From NCBI GenBank assembly GCA_964199315.1, contig OZ116698.1:9734001-9798000 (forward strand): DNA of 64,000 bases, in the 5' to 3' direction. Position 1 is the first letter of the stretch. Every line of letters begins with the position of its first letter. A program made the translations under genes and the position numbers. The notes under the pieces were generated by a model. The model did not search any database. It worked only from the letters and a program-made list of their open reading frames with translations, and was not told where the DNA came from. Below are positions 11,142 through 26,100 of the stretch, piece after piece. This DNA comes from Orbicella franksi (taxonomy: Eukaryota).

Positions 11142-14100
11142 CTATGTTTCAGAATTATAATTCCTCTTCGCCGAATGAAACTGAAGTACAAGAGTCCTCC
11201 GCAACATTGGGTCAACAAGTAACATGAATTTCTGACCAGGAGACGTTAAATTACTCTCAGAGGTATCCAAGGAAGGCATCTGCTCTAATGCCTGAACCCG
11301 CGCATCTCTAAGGAACTGCCGCAAGCGGTCTGCATCACCACTGTCATGCATCCCGTCAATCTCTTCACCTTCTTCCTTTGTGATGACTGATTGGTTCACA
11401 ATGGCCACACCTCTGTTGTCTTCCTCGACTTCTTGTAAGTCAATGTCCCGAATAAAGAGAGTTTGTTGAATGGCGTCTACAGCTGAGCCCACGATGAATA
11501 ACGTGTCTCTGGTCAGCAGAATTGTCCCATCGTAGTCATGCCCAGATGACGTCACAACAGTCGCGTTCAAATGCAGAAGCAGATCGATATCTCTTTGGTA
11601 ATGAAGCATTTTCCTGCAAGAAAACCGGGGATTATAACCAAGAAAACTATGCTGCCAAAGTCCAATTTTGTAGTTATACAATAATTTTTTTCTTTGTACT
11701 TCTTGTGACACCTCAGAGTGGTTTACACGTGACTTTTGAGAAACAACAACCAACGTAATCATACAGTCAATCAATGAGGTCATGTCTTGAATGAGCGAAC
11801 ACACGCTACACGCGGCAAGCGCGGGAAAAAGAAGATAGGCCAAACAACGATTGGTTTGGGTCTCCTGCTTGGCCGACAAACCAACACCTCCACCCTCATT
11901 GGCGAAGGAAGTTCAGCGATCGCATAACCAAAGTTAACACAGTTATTTTTGAAAATCACTGAAACATCCAGGAACCGTTTCGACAAACGCGAAATGCCTT
12001 ACCAGAAATACTTCAAATGGCTGTTCTTTATGGAGCACTCCAGTCTTTCACCAGGAGTGAACATTCTGTTTGGCAGCTGAGTCAAGCCAGCACCCTGCAG
12101 GATTCCTTGTCCGGTCTGCGACACCAGCTCCATTGCTCCACCCAACGGCTTAGTGACCGCACCTATCAGACCCTTCCCCACTCCTGTAATGACACCGCTG
12201 GCTGCCTCCCTCACATCGTTGGCTCGTCGTATTCCCTGGATGGGTTGATCGACTATACCTGCTACGGCGCCGAGGAGACTGAGGCCGAACCCTCCCAAAC
12301 CTTGAGATAAGCCTGCACAAACAACGTTAGTAGAATTAGTGTCAAGAATAAGCTACAATTCTCATCTAAATACGATTTGTACACTTGAATGTTCATTGTT
12401 AACACCAAAAGGGTAGGTCCTAAAAAGCAACTATTTCTCTTTTTTTTTAACAAGAACATTGCCTCCAGCATTCGTCGGCATAACAAGGAAAAAAGGGTAT
12501 CTTGTTGAAAACTACGATGAACCAAAAAACGAGTGTACGGCAAGACGTATGAAAGACCTCACATCAATCAGTGTTGAAAGCTAAAGCTATCAATTAACCC
12601 TTTCACCAGCAGAAGAGAAAGTTAAACGATCAAAAATAGATTCGATTCAGAACTTGAACAATCCAGACTGTTGATCCCTTGTTCATGTACCTGTTACAGG
12701 TAGAGTCCACATATTCCATCACAAAAAAACGAGCAAAGAATATCTAATATAACATCAAAAGTTTTGATAATACCTGTTAAGACTTTCTTTGGCCTTCTGC
12801 ATCTCTGTTCCTCCAGCAGTCGAAGATATTCCCCATCCATGCTGAGTCGATCCAGATTCCTCGCCATACTTGAAGCCAAGCTCGTGATGGAAGTCAGGGC
12901 ACCAGTGGAAACATGTCTGACAAATGACGACATGCCTCGAGACATGCCGGACACGAACGCGCCCGGGCCGCGGGTCAACCCGTCATAGGGCAGGTAAAAG
13001 AAGTCAGCTACTCCCTGGCTGAGACTTCTCACCAGTCCCGCGGGATTCCCGAGAAGTTCCAGAGAGCCCAATACCCAACCAGCTTTGAAAACTGCCGCGG
13101 TCACGTAATGATAGGTGAGCTTCTGAACGAGGGCAGAGGTGGGTAAAAAAACTGGAGACAAGTGAAACTCACCGAGTGACAGCGGAGAATCGTCCACTGA
13201 TAAGAAGAGCTTGGCCGAGCCATGTAGCGTGACATTAAATGTCACTGGCGTGACGTTGAACTCGCCCATTACGATGGGCTGGATACTTGAAGATGTTAAA
13301 TCTAATACCTTTAGGGAACTGTTCTCTTGGGTACCTCGTGATGTGGACGAGTAGTAATGGGAAGGAGGTAGGAATGACACAGCTATGTCACCAAGACGGT
13401 AGAGAATAGTGTCCTCAATGTATAATGTCAGCGGTTGAAGAGAAATGCTTAGAGAACTTAGGAATACGCCATTTGCGCATATGCCAGGTTCATACACGCA
13501 TTTGATACTGACCAGCGGTTTCGCTCTTGAACGGGCACCGGTCCTTCTCAATGATGGAGTTTTCCTGGGAGTCACTGGAGCACTGCTTGGTGTAAGAATC
13601 ACTGAAAACTCGTACGTATCATCTTGCAGCTGGTTGTCAACCTGGAATGCTCCAATACGCAGGGACAACTCACGATTACCTTCCGTAGAATCTCGCCCTG
13701 CCGAATGCGACACGACGATACCTTCGGCGGTCATTCGGAGAACTTCGTAGGGATTTCTGAAGTTGGTAACTTCATCTACAACTGTCACACCAAGCTGGCA
13801 AATGAACAACTCCGCATGAATAACAGATGGAGGGGGCGATACACACTGAACTGTGTTAGACCGTACACCTTCCTCTCCGTAAGGCTGGATTTTGACACGC
13901 GTACAGAGACGTTCGTTGGATACTCTTATCAAAACCTGCCCCCTCCCTGGCAAGTTAACACACGCCTCCTTTAAAGAATCCAAATCAAAACCTTTACTCC
14001 ACCCCTGAGGGACTTCAGTTGTCATTTCGGCGCCAAGCTCGCCTTGCTCGCCTTCTTCCTCTGATATCTCGGCCACATTGACGTCATACAACGCTTGAAT

Positions 14101-17100
14101 GTGCAGTTCGGGAAGCCTCTGTACCTCACTGGAGGTAGCAAACCATTCGCGCATGATTGGAAGTTCATAGTAAGTGGAACTGAAAGCCGCAACTTCTGGA
14201 ATCTCACCCAAGCCTCTCATTTGTTCCATGATAACAATCTTCTCTGAAGAACCACTCACGTGACTGGGGCTCTGCGGGGGGATCGCTTGTCCAAACTGAA
14301 GTGTGAATGGGCATTCGTTTTGAAGGAGCAGACGGGGAGCTGGATCCGAGGCAACAACGATGTAAACAATGCCATCCATAACGTATGATGTCACGACCAA
14401 CGGAAGTGTGGCGCTTTCATCGAGTGATACTGCGACAGATTGACGCGTCACTTCCGGTGTGATTAAAACGGCACGTGACCATCTAAAGTTGTTCCCTTTG
14501 CTTCCTGAGATAGGCTGTTCTTCTTTTAAGGCCAGAAACAATACAGGAGATGTTTGACCACTGAACGAGGGATTACCTTCTTCGTTAAGTACTACGGTTG
14601 TTGGGGACGGGACGTCCCAAGTTGGCACAGGTATGGCTTGATTGTGATCGCTCGGCAAGCGAAGTAGGGTAGCTCTGTTGAGGTTATTCGATGGCATCTA
14701 GAAAATAAAGATTTAAAAAAGCCTCAAGAGTCAAAGAATGAAATCTGCCCACATGGAGTAAGTACAATAATCACCAACACTTAACTTCCCCCCATTTTAA
14801 ACCTTCGTTATACCGTTTAAAGGAAAAGCCACGATTACATTACGTAATTAAGACGAACAAAATTCTTCTTCAAACAACAAAACAAAGTTTATGCCTAACA
14901 TCCCTGCCTGCAGGTTCTAATATTCTTTGGAAAAGAAAAAGGACAAGGATAAGCTGTGGAGAACGTGATCTCCCATTTTTCACACCCAAATACCAAGACA
15001 AGATAGCTATTCTTTACCTTTTTACCAGACATCACCAGAACAGGATGAGCAAGTAAAGGTCTTCCAACATTGTTAATAACGTAAAACCTCTGTTCAATCG
15101 ATATGATCTCGATTCCACGATACATACGAGATGTAACTGACCATCTGGCGCCCCGAATTTCACCCGAACCCAACACGAACGCCACCGGAACAGACAGGCT
15201 GTCTTCGGCGTCGTTCGATGATGCTTCTTGGCTGCTCGATGGGAAAGACACCGCTTCGGACCAACTACAAATTTTGCCTTCAAAGTAGGTTCCCAATTGC
15301 ACCTTTCCCTGCGTAAAAGAAATAAAAACAGAAGTTACTCATAGCAGTTGGCCGAGAAGAAAGAAAACACAATTACTTCGTGGAATTTGCCAATCTGGAT
15401 GGTTTCTTGCCTGCGCAAATACTATATTTATTTCATTTTGTTAAGATGTGTTCTCGTACCGTGATTCTGTGAGGCGCCACGATTGAACCAGTGGGTAAAT
15501 CGACGGTAACATCTCGTTCCAGGTCCCTGACGATCAAGTGCACTGTAGTATTGTTGACCAGCAGACACCAAGGTAATACTTCAACCAACAGTGAGCTGAC
15601 ATGAGACCAGCGTTTTACTACTCGGCACTGCACCTCTATAGGAGGGACTGGAGACGGCCTACCACGCATGTCTAAACGGAAAACAGAAAGAAAAATAATA
15701 TAAACGGAATGACAAAATGAAAAAGTAACTTCTCATGAAGTTGGCTTCCTTGTCTCGTTACTTTTCACATCTGTTACTCTTCGCGGGTTTTGCAATGCTC
15801 CTACTATACAATCTAAAGAAGAGTCATTCGCATTACATGACGTACAGTGCTGACCTTGTGGTTCATCCACCGGGGAATCGGGATGTATTTTCTGGTTGTT
15901 CACGTGACCAGCAAATGACACGTTCTTCACTAAAGAGGACTCAGGTTTTTCCTCCAAAACAACTTCAGAGCGCCTTTCAGGAGAAAGGAAAGAAAAACAA
16001 ACATATTTTTGTATATTCCAAGTTAGTGAAAGCGATAGTTTAATTAATAGTTGGTAAGCGATTTCTTTTACCCATACCTTAAATTCTGATGGTTCCTGCA
16101 GTACGGCCAAATATCAGCCAGCGGTTGTTCCTCTTCCACCATACTGTCATTCTTCATCCTATTGGCTAATTCTATCAGTGTTGTGTTCAGTGGCACAGAG
16201 GGACTGGACCACTGACGTGACCCGCTGAACTGGAACGTCAAGTGATGCCAAGAGTTCGGCACCAGGCTGTACATCTGCTGCTCTTGTGCACGGCCATGGA
16301 GCTGGAGAACTGAGTATGAGTTGGTTTTGGCCGTGAACACATTCATAAGGACTGGTTCCGGGAGGTGGCTCCGCGTAACGAAAAGTGGAGATAATGTCAC
16401 CTACAAGACAACGTTATTTAGGGCCCAGACGACAAACAAAACGAAATTCGAAATTCCATGTGTGAACAAAGGAAAGAATATTTTACCTGTATCTGGTCCG
16501 GGGATCCAGGTTTCTCCACACTGTACCAGAAATAAAACGTCTGGAATTCCTTCACGCCAAGAAGCTGTTTGGTCAAAACGGATAAAAGAAATGATGAAAC
16601 TAAATTGCATAAGCAACTTAGAAAATAACTGCACGTGAGTTCATGGAACACAAAATGCACCGAAAAAGGTACACCTGTCAGTCTACATCGCTTTTTAGAA
16701 AATCTGTGAGGAAGAAGATAGTAATGACTCAAACAACAGAACTACGAACTCGTGCAGATTATTCTATCTACTCTATTGATTGACAAGACCCTTTCCGCTC
16801 TCAGAAACCTTTGTGAACACGTTTAAGGACGTTCGGCACCCGTTACATCCTTTTCCAGTCATTTTAGAGTTCTGTGATTGGCTCCATAACATTACTATTT
16901 GCCGTATTATGACAAGCCCTGACAGGCAATGAAATATTCAAATATAATTAACTTCATAATTACCTGTACAATAAGATGCTGTCCTTTACCCTCCCCTTCC
17001 ACGTGCTCCAGCGGTAACGTGTCAGACCACGTGGTACCGTTAGGAATGCGGATGCGCATGCCTGTTAGTCCCCCATGTGAAATGACGTAAGACGGCAGCG

Positions 17101-20100
17101 CCGTGTTTGCTGGGAGGGACACATCCTCAAGGACCTAGAATTGAGCAGAAAAGATTCTTGAATTTTTTATTCAAATTCTTGACTATATCTAACAAAAGCC
17201 TTTACTCCAGCACTACAACTCTAAGAGCCCTCGATGACTACCACTACAAGTCGAAATCGAAATATAAGCCACTTAAGCTACCCTATAATTTTTGAACTAG
17301 CCAGCACGTTAAATGCATTGTGTCACGCTATTCTCTGCAAAGCGCACATTCAGAGCGGACAGTACCTGGTAGCGCGCCTTGGGTGATTGTCCAGAACTCA
17401 GCGTGGGATTGGTTAGAATCTGCACATCAACATCGATTGACAAGCGACTGACGATAATATGGCTTCCACGAATGATGATCTGTTAAAAAATACACAAAGT
17501 TATAAAAGAAACGTGTGTGGCTAAGGTTCCAAAAAGGGTTAAAAGTCTTGAGATAAGAATTTCGTGAAGACTTACCTGCTTTTGCATGCCAGAGAGCTGT
17601 TTAACCTCAATAAACAGAGTAGCACTGTGAAGCCGGTGATGAATTGTTCGACCAAACACACCAACAGTGTCGATATCAAACGGTTCAGACCAGCGCCAGT
17701 CTCCCTCGGTCTCGATGCACACATGTAGCCTGGGAGAGGCTTTCACTGTATGCGGAGTCCTCCAACTGTACGAATGAACCTGACGGCTTCCGAGTAACAA
17801 CGATTCATCAGCGTCCACCTGGAGGGAAGGGTGAGAAAGGAAATCAAACATCAAGTTAAGTAATGAACAGTTTGTGGACTTCTGGTCTACAACCACCATC
17901 ATTTCTTCCAAGTAGCGTAACACAGTGGCAAGAATAGTGACTCGAAAGCTAAATGTCACACGTTCAACTCCTCTGACCATTAAATTGCCAATTGTTAAGC
18001 CCCCTATAAGAAGGGACTTCTTACAGTGCGACCACTGTAACCTGGCCCACTTGGATAACGAAAACCAAAGTAAAACAGTTTGCAGGATTTCAACTTCAGC
18101 TGTTTGGCACAATTGATTTTCAGTGTAGAACAACGTTTCAACTTAATATTGTCGACATTCTCTAATCGCTTTGAAAGATGTCATTGGTTTTCATTGCTTA
18201 AATGGCCCCAGTTGAAGCGGTGTTCAATTGAGTGTCGAAAAACCAAAACCAAACGAATTACATACCAATTAGACTGCTCGGCCAATCTCAAACCGTAGTA
18301 AAACCAAAACCAAAGTAATTGCCTCATTACTTTCCACACTCAATTAACACCCGCTCTACAGTAGTGGCACTATAGTACTTCAGTTTGTAGTTCTATATTG
18401 TATTTTACAGCCAGTTCACAGTAACCCAATAAGCACATCAGTGATAAATAGATATGAAACTTCCTTTTCGAAACAAGATTCCAAATTATAGTAATTACCA
18501 TAATTCGAAACACAAGGTCAGAATTCCTAACGTATAAGTAGCATATTGTTTCTAAATGCCCTCACCTGACCAAGCCTCAAAGCTTCGTGCGTGTCATTAC
18601 AGATGATGTAATGGTTAAAAATAACCCTCTCAGCCTCAATCAGTCCAGTTTGGCCCCAGGCTCTGGCAGAAAGTGCGATTGTGTGGATCGTAGTTTGACT
18701 GACATGTGTCAAGACTGTACCCACCTCCAGACTAACATCCAGCCACACGGGGAGACCAGTGAGGGCATCTTTAATTTTTGGTGGCTTGATCTGTGGAAAC
18801 AATCATTACATACCGTTAGTGAAAAGAAAGTTGCAGGTTACAGTCATCAGTTTTGGAAAGGAATTTGAGAAGCTCCGTCAAAAATACACATCGCCAGCAA
18901 CGCGACAAAAAAAAGATTTGATTATATCAAACATTATTCTACAAATGACTAGCCTGCGTTGCAGAGGAGCTAAACCCGCTTGCTAGACATAACAAAAACT
19001 CGTAAGAAGTGAGGACAGCAAGCGATAGCGATAATAGCAACAGGTTATTTCACGTTTGCCTGAGGTTAAAGAAGCCTTTCAGTACCATGTTAAAATACTA
19101 ATTTAAAAAGCATTATTTTAAAAAGCTCAAAACATATTCCAGGGACACGAGAGTTTCATTTTACAGGCCAGTTCCCTACAATTAACGAAAACCACTATAT
19201 TACAAAAAGAATGCAAAATGAGAGGTTCTCCTTTCCTTCGACTCCGATTCCAATAAAGAAAATTAACACAGGCTTTTTACTTACTCTTCCTTCGTGATAC
19301 AGAGCCATAGTGAGACCTACATCAAACGGGCTCAAGAGAGGCCTATACGTGAGGTCTCCGTAATCCAGCACCTGTGCATGACAATTCCATTCAGTTTGTA
19401 CATGTAAAAACCCTCCCTCCCCTCCCACATCCTTGATGACAGCGTTGAGTCCCTCGACAGACAGTAGCAAGAATTCTTGGTCGGTTGGCAGGGAGGAGTC
19501 CATGGTAAATCCGACAAGGTGTTGTGGAATAGCTGCAAATATGAACGACAAATAACTCTTAAAATCGTGGACGCACAAGATTTTGTTGTCATTGTCTATA
19601 AGCTTTGTAACGAAGTTCGCAATAAAAGACCTAAGCCAAGCAACTGAAAGTGTCCTCTTATTCTGAAAGATACTCTGTAATGTAGCTTAAGGCGTTCAAT
19701 TTTACAGACTAACTTTTGCTCAGCGTAGTGGTATCTTGGGCTACATTTCTGCTAAGAGCATGCATGGTGTCTTGTGTGACACTTCTGGGAAGTGTTTACC
19801 ATGAAGGAACATACAACGGCTATTATGTTGATTATGTTTCTTTTGCAATTCTAGAAAAACGTTAAAATGTTACATCCAGCGAAAGGCAGAACACAAGGTG
19901 AAACTATCGCTGCTCACTGGAAAAGCAACGTTGAAGGTGATCCTTTTGTGTTTTCCTTTCGGAGCGACTCATCAATCACAAATGTATTCCACTCATCTTA
20001 CCTTGGCCGATAGCGTGCACATGGTTAGTAAACTTGACTTGTAACATGCTGATGTTGAGCTGAGCTGACAAGGCGGGGTTAAGGGCGGGTCTCACTACCG

Positions 20101-23100
20101 AGTTCACCTTGACAGATGCTGCTAATGAGGCTGCACTTAACAGAGATCGGTACGGAGAGGCGTAAGATGAGCATGTGTCATCGTCACCATCATAACTACA
20201 GATTAAACAAAAAACAGAAGTAGACAACTTCTTCTCACTGAGGGTAAGAAGATCACAAAGCAAGTCTTACAATGCAGTACTGGAAAGAGCCCCTTTTTGC
20301 CAAAGATTTTTCCTTTGTTCTGAAGTTTTCAAAAACCATCGTTTTTCACCTGATCGGTGTGTCTGCTTCACCTAGAATGGAAACTCTGGGACCAACCTAA
20401 ATTGCTTGCCTTAGATATGACTGACGAACGACATACAGAATCTGCAGAAGGCGAGAATCGGGTTTTGCGTTCATAAAATCTGGCAATAATTGATTCCACT
20501 TAGGGGAAACGAAATCGACTCTTTTTATGACTAACTTTTAAAACTGCAGCTAAAATCACCAATTTTAGTTTTAACTTAACTTGTACTGGAACCTCAGGGA
20601 AACATTATATGATCGTATCACTATTTCATAAAAAGTACGGGTTACTGTCGTCTACTGAAAAAAAAAAACACGAGTGTAAATACTCCTTCTTAGAATGGCA
20701 CTGGTTTGAACATGCCAGGTAAGTTTACCAAGAGTACTTGCGACCTGAATACCTTTTCAGTCAAAACAACACTAGCAACAAATTGTTTTTGCTGCGTTGT
20801 TCACACAAAAATAACGGCAACGTAATGTAACTGACCTTCCATCATCTGGGTAATCAATGTCAACAGTCACATCAACCACCATCTGCCACTCAGCAGCGAC
20901 GATCACCTCCGAGGGATGAGCCGTGCACGGGTCAGGGAGAGAGATAGAGGTGGCGTTATTTTCTGACAGGTTGAAGTCTTTATAGGTGATGTAACATTTC
21001 TGAGTTGGATCCCAGTAACGAAGAACACATGGCACCTGTATGCAAACAGATCATTAACATGTTCCTTGTTGTGGTATTGCAATTGTTTGTATTGTTTGTA
21101 GTGTTTAATGTAACGGAGGAATGAAAGAACCAGCTGATGAACAAAAGACTGGCAGAAGGTTAAACGGACGATCATTAACAACAAAAGTTGAACATGAAAC
21201 TGAAAATCGTTTTTTAGACCGTTTGACACTAAAATAATCAGTTCATGCACGATTTATGTCACATAGAACAGCATGTCACGCCTTACCTGGTACTCGTCCC
21301 CCATATTCAACGTGTTGACCAGAACAGGTGTTGACAAAGGTAGTGGTACAAGATCAACCGCCGACAGTGCTCGGGGCTCAGGGTACCTCCAGGTCATGGT
21401 GGGAGGTCTGTCACAAAAGTCCGAAGTAAAAATTATCTCCCCGGGCTCTGGGTGATGCATGTCTAACTCCCCTGAAACAGACACGTTCAGTTACAAAATG
21501 GGTTGGTTTTACAACAATCCCTTTACAGTAAAAATAAATGTGTTTTGGTACTGCTGGAAAGATACAGTTCTGCAACTATGCCATATTAAGGTTAGGAAAG
21601 GGAGATATACAACTATAAGTGTTGCAGCTTTTCCTAGAAAGTAAAGGAATGAATGCCATAAACCCTTTAAACTGTCCTATGTCTGACCATAGCCAAATCA
21701 TCTTTCCAAAGATTGCGTTACCTGAAGCAGTCACGTATCTAAAGCAACCGGCTCGGATGTCATCAAACGACTGATACAGCACAACCTGCTCTGGCACCTC
21801 ACGCGACTGATCGCTGCTTTCTCCACCAGCCTCCGCAGCTTGCTTCTTTACCACGGGTGGACTGGTAAACTGTTGAGACAGTTCCGCGAGGAGACTGAGG
21901 CAAGTCACATGTTCTTGACCAACATCGATCTGTACATAGCCAGCTTCAAGAACCGCGTAGAGCTGAGGAAGGCCACAGCCACTAGCAGGAGAGAAGAAGG
22001 AAGCAGTTTTAATTTTGTGCGGTTACCTGATGGTTACCGCCTTTGTCTTCACTTTCAACGGCCTCGAGGCCCCTTTCGAGCACTGAGTCATAACGCTGCG
22101 TTCATGGGCAAGACTGCTTACTCTTAGAGTACATGTTCCTCTCTCCAGTACAAATATACACAAGCATTGAACTGTGCAGGACGTAAAACATCACATACCT
22201 CCGGACGTACAGGTCTCGACTATGTGGAGCCCAGATGGTCTCCAAATCGATCGAGCAGCTAAATGGATGAATTAACGAACGGCATCTGTCGTAAACAGAA
22301 GTGGATAGACCCAAACCATGTAACTGTAGTCTTGTGTCTATTCTCTTTAGGTTGCCTAGGAAATATAAGAATAAATACATAAGGATTCGGTTGATCTTCT
22401 TTTTGTTAGGATAATGTAGAACATAAAAGTGCGCCACTACCTGCTGTATGTATGCTTTGCAAGTCACTGTTTTATCATGGTTCACGTTAGTAACCTAAAT
22501 GTTTCCAACATACTATGGTGGGAAGATGGTCTCAATCTTTCCCAATTCAGCCTCTGATTGCTCATTAATAAACGCCGCCTTAACAGCAAATTTGCCACAA
22601 CCGCAACCCAAAAAAAACAAAAACATCTTAATTACATACCTTGCAGATCCGGTTTCAGAGAAGCTTTTGCCTCGAGTCCGAGTGCACAGCCTAGCAGTTT
22701 GGGTTGGGACAGAACGGGAGGGGCCTCCAGTTGGATAAACATGTCCGTGGTACACAAACTAAAGGACCGCAAGAACAGGGTCCTTCCTGAGGCACCTGTC
22801 TGGCTACTCTCGGTTACTGAATTCTCTTCACCAGGAAGCACAAGGCCGTCTATAAATTCTGTAAGCTCTTCTACGTTCTCTAGATTGAAGTTCATGTGAA
22901 CAGATCGACCCAGTTCCACAGACACTTCAGCTGAAATGTAAAGAACAGTTTCCTGCAGATGAAAGTCTGTCATGTCAGAGCGAGCGCGATAGAATAGAAG
23001 ATAAATAAGCAACTAAAGGCACTAAATCAATAAACAAATTAAATCAAAAAACAAAACCAAATTAATAACCAGGCATGACCAAGAAAATAAAACAATATCC

Positions 23101-26100
23101 AAGTTCACTTCAATGCATGTTCAAATCCCCAAAACACTGTAAATAATGGTGACAAAGAAATTCTAAAAACTCGACGACAGAAACCGAAGATGTTAAGCCT
23201 ATGAATCAACAGTATCTAATTATAATGTTTTTAACATACACAACAGTCATTCTACTTTCGATGATCCGTCCTCGAGTAACATCATAATGTGTGGCCATTG
23301 AATTCTCGGACAGGTATTTGTCAAACAGTCGGTCGGTCGGTCGGTCGGTCGGTCGTTCGTTCGTCCTTCGGTCAGTCGGTCAATCAAATAATCTATCAAT
23401 CAATCAATCAATCAATCAATCAATTAATCAATCTGTCATGGAATAACTTGTAACTTGTAATTTACCTGGACCAGTCAAGAAATCTGTGATGTCGACCGTC
23501 ATCAGTGACGGTAGAATACCACTGTGAGGATCAGGGACACCAACCCCGCTCCTGAACCACTCAGCAGTGTAATCCTGTGGATCAGGGAGGGGTTTGAATA
23601 TAGAACCTGCTGAGGAACAAGAATAAAGTTTCGCTCAATTTTGAACCTGAAGACAACGTTGGTTTACGTTGTCCCCATGCAAATTAACATTTTTTACCTG
23701 TCGTCGGAGAATTTCCAGCAACACTGACGTCAAAACAAGACACCTGAATCCGCGGTCCGCTGGACTGCGTGTTCACAGTTAGAGCAGGGTGAACCAACTC
23801 AACTCGCAAAACAGGCTTAATCTGCGCAATTTTGCCTCTTCCCGGCAAGTTTGGCTTAGAACGCAATTCTTCCTCCGCAGGTTTCTCGTCCAGAGGAATA
23901 CGGCTGTAGACGGCTGCTGTAAGTTTCCTACCAGTAAGAAAAACCTCCCACGGAACTTCATTTTCAATTCCCAGTGCTTTCTCTGTGTTGTGTTGAGTCC
24001 TCCCTCGACTGACATTAGAAATCCCACCCGCACCTTTGCTGAATTTTGTAGTAAAGTTGGTGCGCGAGCTTTCAAACCCACTGTCGATTTTATCAAAGCG
24101 TTCCCTGAAGACGTCCTCTGGACCAAGGGCAACAGATGAGTCACATGGTGTTTTTGCGCTGTCTTTTAGAGGGGCACTCAAGGAGCAAGTAAACAGGACC
24201 TTCAGATTCTCTGCGGATAAAGTCTGGAGAAGCTGAATCTGCACAAAACAGATGAAAAGTTTTCGGTTAAACTGGACAAAGGCACTTAACACTGACGTGA
24301 CAGAGATCAACCTTTTGTCACGAGTGCTAGTGCTTTGCTACGCATTACACATACGCAAGTGAATTTATAAAAGATCATAGTGGTACACACACTTCGAAAA
24401 CAGCTCGAGCTCATATCAGCGTAAAAACCGTGAATCAGTTCCCAGTTCCCTCTGTGATACAACAACAGTCGAGGGAGCAATGCCGCTAAGCACCCGAACA
24501 AAAAAAGCTCAAGTTTGAGAATGACGCTCGTAACTGAATTCCTTGCCTCACCCTCTTCTTCACGTCTTAACGTTCTACCATACTTCTCACCAACTTCATG
24601 AAAGACTTAAAAATATCATCCAAAAATACCTGTTTCTTGTTCAGGAAACAGTCGACGTCCGTCACCACATTGAATTCTAAGGACCATCCGCAGACCAGGA
24701 CATTTTCAGACACAGTCGACTTTTTCACTGTCACGTTCTTTTCTACTGATATCGCGGGCGCAAGCACTATTCTGAAGTCTGAGCCGGAGATGATTGGTGT
24801 CACGTGTACCTCTTCTGTGCCGCGCCTGGTGAATCAAACAAAACAAACTAGTGGTGAATAAAAAGCATTAATGTGTCCCTTCCCCCTTAATGTACAGTAA
24901 AATACATCAACGCTGAGGAAAAAACTCCCAATGATTATTGTAGCGTGGAAGTTAGCTTTACAGCACAATCGCCCTACCTTCAATTGCTCTCAAATGTGAA
25001 CGAAGGAAATTAACTGATATAGATATGGGGCCTAGACATTAGCGACCAATCTTTTCACTAAGATAACTTGATTTATACAAAAACGACGTTATAGGAGCTA
25101 AGTCCGTCTTAGGTAATGCGCCTCATTGATCCCCAATTTATACATGCTTCATGCTTTTGGATTTCTTGTTCCTTCTTTGTTTTTTTTTTTTTTGCCCTCC
25201 TATTAACTAAAGCTAATTCAAATTTGAGAACCACAAAAAAAACTAATGAAATCGTGGCCTTGTTCCTTTATTTCCGATTTTCGTAAATCTAACATTTTCT
25301 GATGTATCTTTCATGTTGCGCTGAAAATGACACAGAGACGCGGCATTAACACCACATACCACATTTGCGTGTTCCACTCCAGCGCAGGATTCTGATCCAC
25401 AGCAATCCCAACTAGTTCCAGGCCATCCTCGTGTTTGATTTTTCCACAGAGTTGTCCCCAGCTCCCTGTCCACACGCCGAACCCGCACAGATCAATTTGA
25501 TACTGTACGTCATGAATGTCATAACCCAGGGCTTGCCTGGAACGGCGGCCGAATTTACGAAACTTCTCGTAAAACTCGCGATTTAGAACTGTTCTTGAGT
25601 TCGGGTTGTCCGGATGAGGAGAAGCACAGACTGTCGACAGCTGTACAACAGTCATGTCTTCTTGGAAATGCGCCTTTCCTGTTTCGGGAAATGCGTCTGC
25701 CTCTTTACCAGCTGATACAATCGGGATAAATAGTCTCAGATTTCTCATGTTCACAAACAGAAGAGGTAGAAGGTCGACATTAACGGTCACACTCTCGGTT
25801 TTTTCTCCTCCTTCGTCGTCCTTCAGACGAAGCACGCTTTCTGCCTTTTCTACGACTGTATTGTTTTCAGACAGAAATCCAAACCGGTCTAACAAGCTCA
25901 AATCAAACGTGTTCAGAGCTGCCACGATCACCGGACACCACAACACAACATCAAATGGCTGAATGTTGACGCGGACCTCATGCTGATCTTTAAAGTAGTC
26001 TTCCTCCTTACCAGCTCTCTCGACAGAAGTCGACCTTCGCCTCTTTAAGTGAAGAGAGGAACGTTTGTACATGACAGTGAGAAAACCGTGAGGTCCGGGA

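Noticed and set aside
12017-13974. Plus-strand ORFs of 74-116 aa opposite VPS13B exons (and similar ones elsewhere)
   Set aside because: These are antisense shadows of long coding exons with no independent features.
17822-18133. 5' extension of the 216-aa ORF as VPS13B coding sequence
   Set aside because: Homology requires the RLGQ exon to join directly to VDADES, so this stretch is intronic read-through.
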